64,000 nucleotides of DNA from Octopus sinensis (taxonomy: Eukaryota): positions 9,839 to 73,838 of the forward strand of contig NW_021833459.1 of the NCBI RefSeq assembly GCF_006345805.1. The letters are read 5' to 3'. This document shows, piece after piece, positions 24,603 through 38,585 of the stretch. Positions within the stretch are counted from its first letter, which is position 1. Every line of letters begins with the position of its first letter. The position numbers were made by a program, and so were the translations under genes. The notes below the pieces were generated by a model, which did no database searches, was not told where the DNA came from, and saw only the letters and a list, made by a program, of their open reading frames with translations.

Positions 24603-25903
24603 TATATATATATATAAGTATATATGTAAAAACGTATGCATTGTGTATATGAGAGCATGTACATACATGAGTGTTTCTCTGTTTATGAGTGTACGTTCGT
24701 CTGTATATATATGTATAAGGGCGTTTATGTATATCTCTGTGCACTTGTGTTTGTAAGTGTGTTTGTGCAGCTTGATATATTTTCGCTTGTTAATACTTTC
24801 TGTTCATATAAGCAGGTCCATCTATTCACACACTCACAGCGAAAGTGACAAAAAAAGAAGCTGAGCGGTTTCAGACAGATAGAAATTCATCACACCCATT
24901 GATCATATCTGGTGACTTTTGTACAATTATGACTCAGCCGCAGTAGCTGATTGGGTAGGGACACTCCCTTCATATATTACAGCTGGTCGGATATTATTGT
25001 CACGTAGTCATAGAACCTTGATATTTGGTGCACCGCGACGGTAATGCCTAATTCATGGGTTTGCGAGGGAAATAGCTATTGCAATCTATAGGGAGTTTGC
25101 TGTTTGTTAGCCAGTTATCTTCATTCTGATGTAGTGATTATGCTAATGAAAAAGTTCTAGCCGTAGAGTACGTTACAGTGAATTTCTATCAGAAAACTTT
25201 TCGTTTTTGGAACGTGAAAATATTATCTCTAGCAATGAAGTGCACTTAGGTTTGTAAAGATTTATTTTGAACACAAATTCTTCATTTTGTGGAAACTAGC
25301 CAATATGTGCATGGCTTTGGCAAATTTCTTCCTGAAAATAGCAATTTATAATTCCGTTAATTGACACCATGCTTCATTATTCAAAATTTAGTTATATGTG
25401 GTACGTCTCACATCGGCAACCATATATAAATAAAGATATGAAATAAACGTAGTCCACGCCCGACCACATTTTATATACAAATATACGCTTAAGTTTGTGT
25501 GTACATTCATAACAGTAACCGAGTACCAGACATTTAGGCAATGCAAACGTATATGTCATTGATAAGTGATGGCAATGCATGTTTAAGCACCCAAGTCAGG
25601 AAAAGTTTGTTTATCTTATTTCAGTCACTGGACAGGATTTACTGGGGGAGAACTAACCTCCCTCACTTAAACAATTTCACCTTTGTTTCACAAACAAATT
25701 CAAGCTATCCTATTCCTAGTGGACAGATAAGTACATAGTATACTGTCAGAGGTTTGCTATATTCAGTTCTACTTAATATATTGAACAGATTGCACCGCTA
25801 GGATGCGTGTGTGAGAGCCATAGAACATTCTACATAAAATTTCATAATAATGAATGAAACGTGTTGAGGTTTAGCTACATTGTATGTCCGTGGTTTTCTC
25901 ATA

Positions 25904-25979
<76 letters not shown>

Positions 25980-26281
25980 TTAATTACTCATTTTCTTTGC
26001 ATCTCATTTTCGTTATTTTACCAAGTTTTGAAATTATTATCTTCCTTAGTTCTGGCTATCTGTTACATTTATTCTTATTTCTTATTTCGTTTTTACATTC
26101 CATAAATTTTTACATGTATACTGAATATTTTCATATTTCATTTTGCAATTGTTACGAAAGTATCTCATATACAAGAAAACCGCAAACTCACAATTACAAG
26201 AATATGCATATATACATAGACACAAACATGTATGTATACCGGGTGATTATATACTATATATTACTTCGTCAATATTTACAG

Positions 26282-26321
26282 ATGAGGAACCTGACGACAA
26301 TGCACTTATTAGGCAATTAAG
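26282..26321 (+). CDS. Candidate host micro-exon E1 (40 nt, phase 1 to 2): DEEPDDNALIRQL
   Basis: Acceptor TTCGTCAATATTTACAG, donor AAG|GTAGAG; only one frame is open. Confidence 0.35.
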
Positions 26322-26849
26322 GTAGAGTTCTAAATTATACAACCAGGAATCCATTTTCTACTTTAATTAAAGTTTGCCAAATTGGGAAATGCTGAAACGA
26401 AAAGGAAATTGTCTTTTAAAAGTTATTCCCTTTTTTCTACCATATCTGTGTTCCTAGTTTAAAAATTTTCTGAGAAGAGATTTCGTTCTGTTTTGAAGAT
26501 TTTAGAATTAAATTCTACCTCTGAGATACTTTTCTGCCAATAGCTTTCTCGCCACACTTTACAATTCTATTATTCGTTTTACCAGTGGTATCATTATTAA
26601 TAATGCTTCAGACTATTGCTACAAATGAACTTGGGAAACAAGTAGTAACATTAAGACAGGAAAGGTTACTAAATACTAAACTTTAACTACGACACCAAGA
26701 ACATATGTAATATTAGCTTTAATTTATTGGGCCCGGGTCTATTATCTTATACATTGGAGCTAAAATAATCTCATTCCTGATTCAAATGTTCGGAATGTGT
26801 TGTTAGATAGAGCAAAATAAATATTGTGGAAAATATCGTCAAACGAAGA

Positions 26850-26950
26850 GATGAAAGGCGAAGTTAGCCTTGACGGAATTTGAACTCAGAATGTAAAGAT
26901 AGACGAAATGTTGCTAAGCATTTTGTTCGACGTGCTAACGATTCTACCAT
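26850..26950 (-). mobile_element. SINE family B head fragment
   Basis: GATGAAAGGCGAAGTTAG..GGAATTTGAACTCAGAATG..GCTAAGCATTTTGTTCGACGTGCTAACGATTCT. Confidence 0.7.
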
Positions 26951-27132
26951 CTCACATATGGCTGCAATTTTGCACATGGATATATTTTTAATACTAAAAT
27001 ATCAAAACAACTACGAATAGAATCTCATACTTGATAAATATCCCCCACCCCAATCTAAGTCTTCGGACAACTGTAAAATATCTGTATAAATGTACCCTTT
27101 TTAATTTTAATTAGAAAAGGGAAAACTGTATA

Positions 27133-30100
27133 TCTCTTATTATAAAAAGCAGATTTTATGTGCCTCCCAAACCGTTTGTTTTTTATACAAATCTACAATA
27201 TAGAATTTCTTCAATTAGAATTTACCTATCATTTTTACGAGTAGAATCCATCGGGTCGTGGCAGGTACAGTTTTTCCAATTCGAGAAAACTCAATATTTT
27301 TAGATTTCCCTCTTTCATTTTAACTGCTTCACTCCTACCATTACCACCACGCTTTCTGCTACTTTCTCTTTGCAATTGTGCAACAATTAAAGTGAAACTT
27401 TTTATATAACAGGGATGAACTGCTTCACTCATGCTATCACCCTAATTTCTCCTACTTTCTCTTTGCAAGTGTACCTTAAACCACTACTCAAAAAAAAACA
27501 GCAAACAGAAACAAATAAATACATAACGATTTACTCCTCACACAATTTTTCAATTATAGTTTACCTATGATTTTTCCAAGTACTTTCATTCAGTCATGCC
27601 ATAAAAAATTTCATTCAATTTGACCCCCATTTAAGAAAAAATTCGACAAAACTCAATATTTTACCATTTCACTCTTTCACTTCAAAGCCTTTACTCTGCC
27701 TATTACTCCCACTTCCTGTTTACACACATAGACACGCAAATATATACGACAGTGTCAATTGTTGAAAGAAATTGTAAGCTAACGTGTGTGTCTGTGTGCG
27801 TGCGTGTGTGTGTGTGTGTGAGTGTGTGTGTGTGTGCCTGTGTGTGACAGGGATGAGCCATTCAGGCTGGTCATTCCTTTTTGCTAGAAGATCTCCTATG
27901 GTCTTATATGCTACACCACTGGTTTTTAGTTCAAGAAGGACTATTCATTATAACACATCAGTTCCACACATTTACCCTGGTTCCATTTCGGACAACTGCA
28001 CAAACATTTGCCATTTGACACATGTATGTAAACAAATTCCTTTCTTAAAAATTTCAATTCATTTTCTTTTTCAATTTACGTTTCAATACACTTTACGCAA
28101 ATATTTGATTAAACAACTAAAACACTTCACATTTCGAACATGTACGTAAGCTACTTCCATTCTTGCAAATCTAACTTTATTTTCTTGCTTTTAACTCAAA
28201 TTTCAATACATTTTACACACTCTGTCGCTATACTTGCATAAAAAATTTCTTTCAGCTGCTAATATTTCTTTCTTTTCCTTCCACGGTTTACATTTTTCCA
28301 CATTTCATTCACATTACAATTTCTATCTTTAAGTAACTTTCACCCTTTCTTTTTCACATAAAATGCCACCGAAAAAGAGAAGTCGCCTCGGCCGTCATAC
28401 TGCAGCAGCAGCGGCGCAAAACGAGTCTTCCGACAAAAAGGGTTTCAGACTTTCACAGAGCGCCTTACGTTCAGCGCAATCACGAGCTGCTGAAAATTTA
28501 CAACAGCACAACGCACGCCTAGCAAAAATGGCTTCATACGATGCTGCTTACACGGCTTCAGACGGTCCGGAAACAAGGTCGAAGCGCAGCGCCATAAAGG
28601 CCTCTGCTGTTGCTGCACAAAGGGCTTCAGAGGACCCACAACAAAGGGCCACTCGACTGGCTACAAACGCTGCGGCTACTGCTGCTTCAACATTTTCGAC
28701 ACATTCCCACGACTCAGACCAGCAACGTTCTACATTCAAGCGCAACAGTCGACGCCGCGGTCTGACGAGTCCAAACAGCTCTTACTGGCATCTACGTGCT
28801 TTCAAGTATGAGCCCAACTTCAATTACTCGATGCACGCTGACATAAATATTGGGGAAATGTGCTTCAATTACCAATTCTGCAATGCTAAAAAGTGGACTG
28901 GGGAACCACCTGCGATGTGCTGCTTAAACGGTAAGGTCAGCTTGCCCCCTCTTCGGGAGCTGCCAGACCCTTTGAAGGAATAACTTACTGGTTCCACCTT
29001 AAGGTCATCAAAATTCCTTGAACTCATCAGGAAGTACAATTGTGCATTTCAGATGACTTCTTTCGGGCTAACGTTGTCAGAGAAATTGGTTGGATGCCTA
29101 CTTTCAAGGTCCAGGGCCAGGTGTACCACCTTATTGGGTCACTCCAGCCACTACAAAATTGCAAACTTTCGTTCCTTCAAATGTATTTCATTACAAATTA
29201 CAATAGGCAACTTGATTTGCGTTTCGACGTAATTCCACAACCTGCAAACACTGACGCTGACAATTTCGACAGGGACGTGCTGCTCACTCTGCAAAACATG
29301 CTTCATGACCACAAGAGCTATATTCGCAGTTTCAAATACGCCTTGGAAACAGCCCCTTCACCAACATTCACCATTGTCATCGATGCTGACAAAAAGCCTT
29401 CTGGGGAGCACGCGCGCCGATATAACGCTCCTTCGTGCAATGAAGTGGCCATAGTTCTCCATGGTGAACAGCACAAGCAGCGAGACATAGTTCTTCAAAG
29501 CTGCGACAGTGGTCTTCAGCGTATTAATGAGACGCATCGGTCATATGACGCCCTGCAGTATCCCCTTCTTTTTCCGTATGGAGAAGGCGGGTACCATTTC
29601 TGCATTCCTCACCACAAACCAAACGGGCCCTCGGCTGCGACATCTAAAACCATTTCATGTATGGCATTTTACTCATACCGCTTCATGACAAGGCATAATG
29701 ATTTCAATCCCCTGCACAGATCACGGGAACTGTTTCACCAGTTTGCAGTTGACATGGCTGCAAAGATGGAGTCCGAGAGACTGTGCTTCATCAAACTGAA
29801 TCAGAAGCAGCTGCGCTCAGACTCCTACATCCATTTGCGTGATGGCATCAGGAATGACGCTGACGCCCGCAATATCGGCAAAATGTGCATTCTCCCCTCA
29901 ACCTATACAAGGGGCCCACGGTACATGCACGAGCGAACACAAGACGCTATGACTTACGTTCGGCATTATGGGTGACCCGATTTATTCATTACCTTTACAT
30001 GTAACCCAACGTGAGTTGAGGTAACGCGAGAACTTCTCCTAGGGCAGCAGTACTGTCATCGCCATGATATTATTGCAAGGGTTTTCAGGCAGAAACTGGC

Positions 30101-30520
30101 TAAGCTCATTCATTTAATTAAAAAAGGGCAGGTTTTTGGGCCTGTCTTTTGCCTACATAGGAAATCCACTCTCTTTTAACACAGCATGAAGTTTTGTAAC
30201 AGCACATCCGCTGCCGTTCGTGCAAAACGAAGAGGCCCTATTCACCTGCGAATGTTTTACATCGCCTTCCACGAATATCAAATTCTTACAATTATGAGAA
30301 CAATAACATGGCTCTTTTCAAGGCAACCTCGCATTCAATTCTTACACCATTCTACGAGGGGGTAGGAACCCCTTTACACGGCTTTCTATACACTTACAGA
30401 TACATTCATTCGCCGTAAACTTATATCAATATTTGCCTGAATAATCATCATAATTCAGTGCAATCATTAACAGTACTTTCAAGCAATTCAGCCCCGAGCA
30501 ACGCCGAGCAATTCTGCTAG
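27133..30520 (+). mobile_element. Helitron, internally deleted, both termini present
   Basis: 5' A|TC at 27133; 3' GC-rich CCCCGAGCAACGCCGAGCAATTCTG followed by CTAG|T at 30517-30521; inserted in an AT dinucleotide; Rep-region ORFs inside. Confidence 0.85.
28363..30145 (+). pseudogene. Helitron RepHel N-terminal part (zinc-finger-like region, Helitron_like_N, Rep motif 1); rest of Rep and the helicase deleted
   Basis: CNAKKW.GEP..MCC.NGKV.LP; TFKVQGQVYHLIGSL; YDALQYPLLFPYGE.G; LPSTYT.GPRYM....QDAM.YVR.YG*PDLFITFTCNP. Premature stops at 28981 and 29973, frameshift near 29065. Confidence 0.9.
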
Positions 30521-30920
30521 TCTAGAAATAAATTCAACGTACTTAATAGGCATCTACACTGGTACATTTGTCAGAAAATTCCAAAAGTCAGTTAAAGTTT
30601 AGACAGTGTCACATGACAACTTGCTGGGGCTGCTTGCTGGAGCCTTTGGCAGGTATTTAAATGGAAAAGTTGACAAGTCAGTCAGTCACCGGCTGACACT
30701 CGCAGACGATACACCAAAGCAACCAGGGAACAAGAGAAAGAAGACATGCATTCAACACCTCCGAAGAGGGGAGCGCCACGTGAAATCGACAGAGGAATAG
30801 GGGCCGAACCCGGATGTGGTTCCTCCTGATGATGTCTTGAGTTAACTGGATCCTATAAAGGAGCTGTTGTGGTAGCATACCACGAAACATGGTTGAAATT
30901 CCTTCCTACTGTAATTAAAG

Positions 30921-30980
30921 TCTGAAGTATACTAAATCCCCAACACATACAAATGCGTCTAATTCTACAAATGGCGGCAA
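30921..30980 (+). CDS. Candidate host micro-exon E2 (60 nt, phase 2 to 2): (S)LKYTKSPTHTNASNSTNGG
   Basis: Acceptor CCTTCCTACTGTAATTAAAG, donor CAA|GTAAGT; the only open frame matches the phase of E1. Confidence 0.35.
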
Positions 30981-32031
30981 GTAAGTCAAAATAAAATTCC
31001 CGATTATTTCTCTACCTTGCAGTGTATAGCACAAATTCTCCTGTGCTTAAGCGTAGAGATAGGAAACGCTATAACGCATTTTAAATTGAGTTAATCAAAC
31101 CGTACAAACTAACCTAATTTCTTAACGAGACATGCATGCTGTACAACCAGTTGCGAATCAACAGCATCCGGTTTAAAGGCAAATGATATTATCAATTGGC
31201 TGTCTCTGGGCTGAATATTTTGTATTTTTCCGAATTTACCATGCGTATTCGAGTCTCACTAATTTGGTGAACATTCAGCTATAACGAACTAAAGTCGAAT
31301 CTATTCGTTTAAATAATTTATATTGATTTTAAAATCTTGGCTAACTAGCTTGTGTCTGCTCTGAAATTGAAAATTTAAATACTAGTAATATTCTTACGTT
31401 GTCCCAATCGATTACCCACAGTGACTTACAAACTAATTGGAAAAAATCATATGCATCTGAAATTTAAGATCTAGTAAGTAATCCGAATTAATTTTGAGTT
31501 ATAGACTTATTCCAGAGTAGTTTTCAGCCCGATTTAACACCATCACCTGACCGTTTAGTGCTATATGAAGAGTTTAGTTTATCATAATTATTTGGAACAG
31601 GCGAAGAGTCTAAGAGCAACGTCATGCCTTACAACCCACTGCAATGAATAATGTGTTAATTTCGTTCAAATTTTCGGTCAGTCTCTTAAGCTGAGTTTAT
31701 ACTACGTAGAACTATTATTTGTATTCTAGGCTAATCTATAAAAGAAAAAGAAAAAAAACATAACTCATCTACTCTTTGCCGAATCACTATATCTTTACTG
31801 AAAGAGAATTAAAACACAAATTATATTCTTGGAGATCAGTTAATTCGTGCTTTCTGTTTTCCTATTTTTAGCAATGGCCAAAGGATAATTGCATAAACCA
31901 AGGGCTAATTGTAGACTTTGTCTAGATTCTTTGTCACATGATAAATTTCTCCATTCTAGGAAGCGAATATATGCCAACAACAATAGCAACGCTAACAATA
32001 AGAACAACATCAACATAATGATGACGATGGT

Positions 32032-32085
<54 letters not shown>

Positions 32086-32088
32086 AAT

Positions 32089-32290
32089 TTCTACTATAGG
32101 CACAAGGCTAGCAATTTCGGGATTTGAGGTAAATCTATTACAGTCACCCCACCCCACTGCTCTCCTAGTAATTCGTTTACTGTCCCCTAAAGGATGAAAG
32201 CTAGAGGGTGGAATTTGGACTCAGAACACGAAAACAGGCGAAATGCCGCTAAGCATTTTGCTCGACGTGCCAGTGATTCTGCAAATAGCT
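32089..32290 (-). mobile_element. SINE family B, diverged
   Basis: TTCTACTATAGGCACAAGG tail; AAGGATGAAAG; GGAATTTGGACTCAGAAC..GCTAAGCATTTTGCTCGACGTGCC head. Confidence 0.7.
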
Positions 32291-32859
32291 GCCTGAACAT
32301 TAATAATAATAATAATGATAATAGGCCAAACTACCACTACTACAACTATCCCCACCCCTACTACCGAAGCTGTTACAGACACACCTGCTGCTCCTACCTA
32401 TAAATACAACAATAAAGGCAGTAATTGACACCGGCGATAGAAGACTAAAGAAGATTGCCCAGCAAAGACATCAAGAAGTAATACAAGAAAGTCAACAACA
32501 CAGAAAATAACTAAAATCTACTACCCTCTCGGAACCCGTGGCTAGAGAACATAACCTAGCTAGCGGCAAAAAACAACATTGAAAAAAAAACAGTTAACGA
32601 AGTTACAGAAATAAAGACGAAGGCAAAAATCTTAGTCTTCATATGCTGAGCCTGTTCAGCGAAGAAGATTACGAGTGAGCAATGGACTCTCTGGAAAGTC
32701 GTTCTGGATGACAGAATAAGTAGTTACATCTCTTTTGAATTACACCTAACTTCGCTGAGGAAGGCCAGATCAAATAGTGTAATTTTTCAAGCGGCTATCC
32801 ATGTGAGCAGCGCTGGAAATTGTTGTCACCCCAACCCTCATAGGCCTGTGTAACCTCTG

Positions 32860-35010
32860 TGTTAACACCAGAATAGGTTAGTGAGAGTAGAAGAGATTCT
32901 ATAAAGAAATAAATGGAGAATGTACAGATGAAAAGTTGATACCAGATGACAATGAAAATTAATGGTTTTACAGTGACATCTTGAACAAAGACAAGGAGCA
33001 CAATAAGGATGCTGAATGGCTGTAAGAACTGAAACAAACAGTAGTCTGTCCAAAATAAGCACAAGTCATTTCAGTTTGGAAAGTGATGGAAATCAGTAAA
33101 AAAATGAGCAACTGGGAGGCCCCGGGACCAGATGGAGTTCAAGGCTACTGGATTAAAAGATTTTGTGAATGTCATGCACGAATAGCTCCGCAAATCAACA
33201 CCTTACATGCCGACTAAGTAACACCAAACTGGTTGACATTGGGTAGGACAGTGTTGTGCCTGAAAAATACCTAAAAGTTGATACGGTAGACAATTACAGG
33301 CCGATCTCCTGTTTGCCACTTATGTGGAAATTATTGACTGGAATACTCGCAGAGTCACTGTACGAGCATCTAGAAAAAATGGCGTCCTGCCACATGACAA
33401 ATAGTAAAAAAAATGAAAACAATATCAATGATATCAGTGATGATAAAAATAATGATTAAAAGAGGCGGGTTGAATCTCCCTATGTCCTGGTTGCAAGCGT
33501 AAGGGCAGAGGTACAAAGGATCGACTCCTGATAGACAAAACTATACTTAGAGACTGAAAGAGGAGGAAAAGTAACGTAGCCATGTCATGAATAGACTATT
33601 GTAAGGCGTACGATATGATACTGCATTCTTAGATGAAGCTGTTTAGTCATTCATCGAACGTTGAGCGATTGCTGGGAACAAGCATGGCGAATTGGAAGAC
33701 GGACTTGACAGCATACTGAAGAAGTTTAAAGAGTGTAGAAATCTGGTGGGGCATCTTGCAAGGGGACTGCTTGACCCCACTAATCATCGTACTGTGCTTG
33801 AGAACACTAACTCTGATTCTAAGAAAAGCAAAAGTTGGGTATGAACTGAAACTTTATGGTAAAGATAAGGCCCAAGTCAGTTCCCTCGATGATATGGTGC
33901 TTACTTTAAGTGCTAATATCAGAATGGTGTTCGGACTGAAAAAATGTGGTGTGTTAGTGTTGAAGAGATGCAAAATCAAATGTATTGACGGGCTAAGGAT
34001 ACCGTCAGTGGAGATTATGAAGCAGATAGAAGAGACAGGCTATAGTTACTTGGAGAAATCGGAAATGGATAAATTGACGGAGAAAGAAATGACAGAAAAA
34101 GTTAAGGTGGGGTATTTGCGCAGATGGTGACTGATCCTTAAGTCGAAATTAAACAGACAGAATAAGATTGAAGCTATCAACACCTGGGCTGTTTCACTCC
34201 TCAGATATGGAGTATCGGTAATCACATGTACAGGAGACGAACTAAACAGCTTAGACAGAAAGACAAGGAAGTTGCTAACCTGATATGGGACACTACACCC
34301 CGAACCTGACACAGAGAGTCTGTATGTACCAATAAAAAGAGGAGGAAGAAGACTCATTGGATGCGAACACAGCATTAGAGCAGAAGATAACAACATAGCA
34401 TGGTATGTAAAAGTGCCACAGAACGGCTATTATTAAATGGAAGAAAATCAGGCTTGTGTGGGATGAAAGATTGCAAAGATAAACCACTGTACAAGCAATT
34501 TAAAACGAATGAAACTGAAACTAGTTGGGTAAAGAAAGGAATGCATGGACAATTTCATAGGGATGTTGAAGATAAGACAGACAGACAGAGAAAAAATATG
34601 GCTGTGGATGACTAAAAGTGATTCAAAACTGAAAACGGAGACTCTAATCTGTGATTCCCAAGAGCAAGTACTAAGAACAAACTACATAAAATACAGAATA
34701 GACAACACATCAGAAAGTGATAAGTGCAGAACTTGTGCACAAAATGATGAAACCGTATGGCATATTAACAGTCAATGCATGCCACTAGCCCAGAAGGAAC
34801 ATAAGAGAAGCCACGACAATATAGTCAGGCTTGTACATTTGACACTTTGTAAAAAGTATGGACTTGACAGAGCAAACAATTGGTACGACCATAAACCCGA
34901 CTCAATTGTCGGAGACCTGGAAACAGTTAGTAAAAATCTTGAGAAGTACAAGGAACAAATAGGGGCTGCAATAGGGGTGGAGCACATGGAGAAATTTCCT
35001 TAAATTGTGG
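32860..35010 (+). mobile_element. R4/Dong-type LINE, degenerate RT plus CCHC, with internal deletions
   Basis: KRFYKEING; KKMSNWEAPGPDGVQGYWIK; [18 protein letters not shown]; QGDCLTPL; ETLIC..QEQVLRTNY.KYRID; HDNIVRL.H..LCKKYGL. The MDD catalytic segment is absent between GYE and LKLYGK. Confidence 0.88.
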
Positions 35011-35014
35011 AATA

Positions 35015-35280
35015 CAAATACTGTATTCCACAGGATATGACCACTCATTAAGAGCGCTGCTTTCTGCATTTTTACATAAGATATATTTTCGAACATATAG
35101 ATTTGGAGTCTTGTCTGTAGCCTGCTTCGCAATTACGGGCGCTTCCACAATGAATAGGATTACTGTTTTATCCCCATAGCCCGATGACACCATTTTAAAA
35201 TGCATGTTATTCTGATATTTGTATAGCATTATTCAAACTTCATTACAAAAAACATCGACATTTTCAAAAGTCTGGGTCAC
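35015..35280 (-). mobile_element. 3' end of a second R4/Dong-type LINE, tail-to-tail with the previous element
   Basis: KYQ..; KTVILFIV.A; MQKAALLMSGHIL, matching the consensus QK.ALLGTAHILR. Confidence 0.6.
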
Positions 35281-36126
35281 TTAATGAACATGTCTTTGAT
35301 ATGAAACTGTGTTTGTTTCATATTTCTTTAGTCAAATAAACCGATAATAGCAGTATTTATTATTACGTTGTGTAGTATATGTGTTTAGGTTATTCTGCAT
35401 ATGTGATCTTCATTATATTATGTACTGTTCAATAAATGGTAGCGCTCTTCATATGCTTTCTTTTTGTATTATGATGCACTGTTGAACATACAGCTTATTT
35501 ATGTCAATCCTCTCCCGAATCCTTTCATACTTGTGTCAATGCAACTTGATATTCTTTTTCACAATGCAATAACGCAATTGTCTAGTTGGACGATATAGGT
35601 CTCGAGCTGCATTCATTAAACATGCTGTCACCTTTCAGTTAAGATACATAGAGCCAGATCTATCTCTGCCATTTTGAAAACATTTGATTTATATAATGGG
35701 TTACGAATTATTGGCATAGTATTATCAATTCCTTTACTCTGTCTTCCTGACTTCTTTCTTTATCTATATACTTTTGCCCTGAAATTAATTTCTTATGATT
35801 CTTCTTTCTCCAGTGTATGCATGATAAACGTTTAGTGAGGGTATTACTTCTAAAGAATTTATGAGTGCATTACACATTTCAGCTAAATATGGTTATAATT
35901 CTTTTATATCGATTGTAACAGTATGATTTTTCAGATAGATAACAATGTTTTGTGATTGAAGAAACTTTTTCCATCCGACTGATCTGATTTATAGGCAATA
36001 CCAAGCTGACCAACGACTCTAACTTGCAATCTCTGTCGGAATACACAAGGGATTTGTGCCAGCACCGTGACAGTGTGTTCTGAGTTTTGCCTAGTATTTA
36101 GCTTTTGGCTTTCTCGTGTATTTTAG

Positions 36127-36171
36127 GTCCAGATATTGGAACTGTATCTTACAACCGAGATTACTACGGAG
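36127..36171 (+). CDS. Candidate host micro-exon E3 (45 nt, symmetric)
   Basis: Acceptor GCTTTCTCGTGTATTTTAG, donor GAG|GTAATT. All three frames are open (phase 2: SRYWNCILQPRLLR; phase 1: GPDIGTVSYNRDYYG). Confidence 0.4.
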
Positions 36172-36865
36172 GTAATTATTTCGAGCTCTGGTTTCAAACT
36201 CACTTCCCTTTTAAGGATCATCAACCGAAATTATTCCAACAGATTAAGTATTTTATTATGAATGCTTTTCACATAATATTAGTAGCTTTCAAGCAAATAA
36301 AATACCCCAGTGTGTTTTGGATATTGTGTAGTGTTTCGTGCATGTATTCAAATTAAAATATTTCACATAACTCAACACTTCCAAGTCGTAATATTCTCTC
36401 TCTATTGAAATATATGTACTTTCTTTTTAATAGTCGAACATCATTTCTATAATTGCTTCGCTTTTTCAAAATCACACGTAGATTTGAAATCAGACACTTT
36501 GGTACGACTGCATTTAAAACAATTTGTAGCTTTTTCTGAATATTTTCTCCGATCATTGCCAGTTATTCAAAGTGTTAACAGAAAAAGTGTCTTAGCGCTT
36601 TTATACTGTGCTTGTGGTGCCTAACTGACTAAGTGACAATCTATCACATTTTTGCAACATGAAAACATAAATACATTTTATATAGGTGACATATACAAGA
36701 AGCAGGATTAATATCCGAAATATTTTGTTACAAAATAGGATCAGTTTCCGCTTATTTGGTGCCTAGGCTCTGGAGAGGTTTCTTTTGAGAGGTTGTAGGC
36801 AACCATGCCCCAGGAGAAGTAGATGCCTATACATATTCAAAACATTCTGAACAATGACTGAACAA

Positions 36866-37222
36866 AGGCGCAGGGGCCACATTGTTCCGGGTTTTAATCC
36901 TACTACGTGGCACCTTGGCCAAGTGTTTTCTATATAGCTCGGTCCGTCCAAAGCCTTGTAAGTGGATTTGGTAGACGGAAACTGAAAGAAGTCCGTCGTA
37001 TATATCTATATATATATATATATGAGTGTGTGTGTGTTTGTCTCCCCAACATTGATTGACAACCGATGCTGGTGTGCTTACGTCCCCGTAACTTAGCGGT
37101 TCGGCAAAAAAGTCCGATATAATAAGTACTAGACTTACAAAGAATAAGTCCTGGGATCGTTTTACTCGATTAAAGGCGGTGCTCCTGCATGGCCGCAGTC
37201 AAATGACTGAAACATGTATAAA
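36866..37222 (+). mobile_element. SINE family A, diverged, with head deletion
   Basis: AGGCGCAGG start; GTGGATTTGGTAGACGGAAACTGAAAGAAG; GGCCGCAGTCAAATGACTGAAACA. Confidence 0.85.
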
Positions 37223-38415
37223 GCAAATGACTATGAACACGAGTGGTTAGCATCTATGGTAGGCGTCTTCCACTGCTCATCCTAGTAGTTTGCCTTTTGT
37301 TGCCATGAAGTTCACGATACCTCTCTGAGTAAAACAAACATTACGTTGCATCGTTGGAGACAACATAATACATGTTGGCCTGTGAATGATTCTTTGAACC
37401 GGCGATAACATTCATAGCTGATATTCTTTTTGTTTTTCACGAGTGCTTTCAACTTTATAAATATCCTTGTCATACGTCTCATGTTAATAAAATTTGCCAA
37501 ACCTTTTAGGCGTACACGTAGAGTAACGAAGAAATCCGACGTATAAATGCTCTTGCATTGCTGACTTTGGGTTTGTCTGGTACAGAACCTTATTTGTTAG
37601 AACAACCAAACCTCTTTGGCATCCTATGTCGAATAATCTGGGTTTCAGCCAAGCCTATCCTGAAAAGTTTGGCCCACCACTTTCTCTCTAAATGAAGAGC
37701 AAGATCCCTGTCTCTATCCACTGGCAATTTGTTGGGTGGACGCCGTCGAAATATTTGCTGTTAATAGGTTAACGCCAAAGGGCAGAGAGTTTTCTTGCCT
37801 ATGTGGCAAAATGGGTTGTAGCGATTGATGAAACTGGAACGGCTGGACACAGATATTTTGGCCTTTGGCCTAGATCACTTCGATGCTTTCACTTTCCACT
37901 TAGAAAGAACCTGAAATTGAAAATCAAGTAAAAGTGGAGTAACAGTAACAAGAGTAACATGAATGATTAGGTATAAAATTTCTTCTGGATGTGAAGCTAA
38001 CATTGAACTGGTTGTGTAGATTTCTCTATCTGGAATTCATTCCTCGTGACTGAAACCTGTGTCATCAACTTATGAAAGCTTAGAAGTCACACACCTGCAA
38101 GCAGTAGCTTATAACTTTATTTCTTTCATAACCTTTTCCCCGCAGTACATCGTGAATATGAACTCTTCTTGGAAACAGAGCTACACTGCCACTCGGTTGG
38201 TACTGAACAGGCTCAAGCGAGGCGAAATAATGTGCTTTATCCGAGAAAACATTCTGCTCAGCCCAAGAATCACAGCTACAGCCTTATGACTGTAAACCTG
38301 TCATAAGCCACTCGTCTTCACTTATTCTTATAGTATGTATGATTTTGACTTAATTTTCATGCTATAAAATAACGTACCACTGACGTACTGTGGTGACGAA
38401 TTTAGCTATTTTCAA

Positions 38416-38585
38416 GGCAACGAGCTGGCGGAATTATTAGCATCTGAAGAAATTCTTAGCGGTATTTCATATGTCTTTAGGTTCTGATTTGAAACTCTGT
38501 AGTGTTTGACTTTGTCTTTCTTCCTTTCGAGGTCAGTATACTAGTACCAGTTGAACTGTGAGGGTGATGAAATCGAATAATCCTC
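38416..38585 (+). mobile_element. SINE family B, old and diverged
   Basis: GGCAACGAGCTGGCGGAATT..TTAGCGGTATTTC..CCTTTCGAGGTC..AGTACCAGTTG. Confidence 0.6.

Noticed and set aside
30981-31022. 42-nt GT-AG intron after E2
   Set aside because: Unusually short, and splicing gives an immediate stop (NV*). It could only be an alternative end, with no support.
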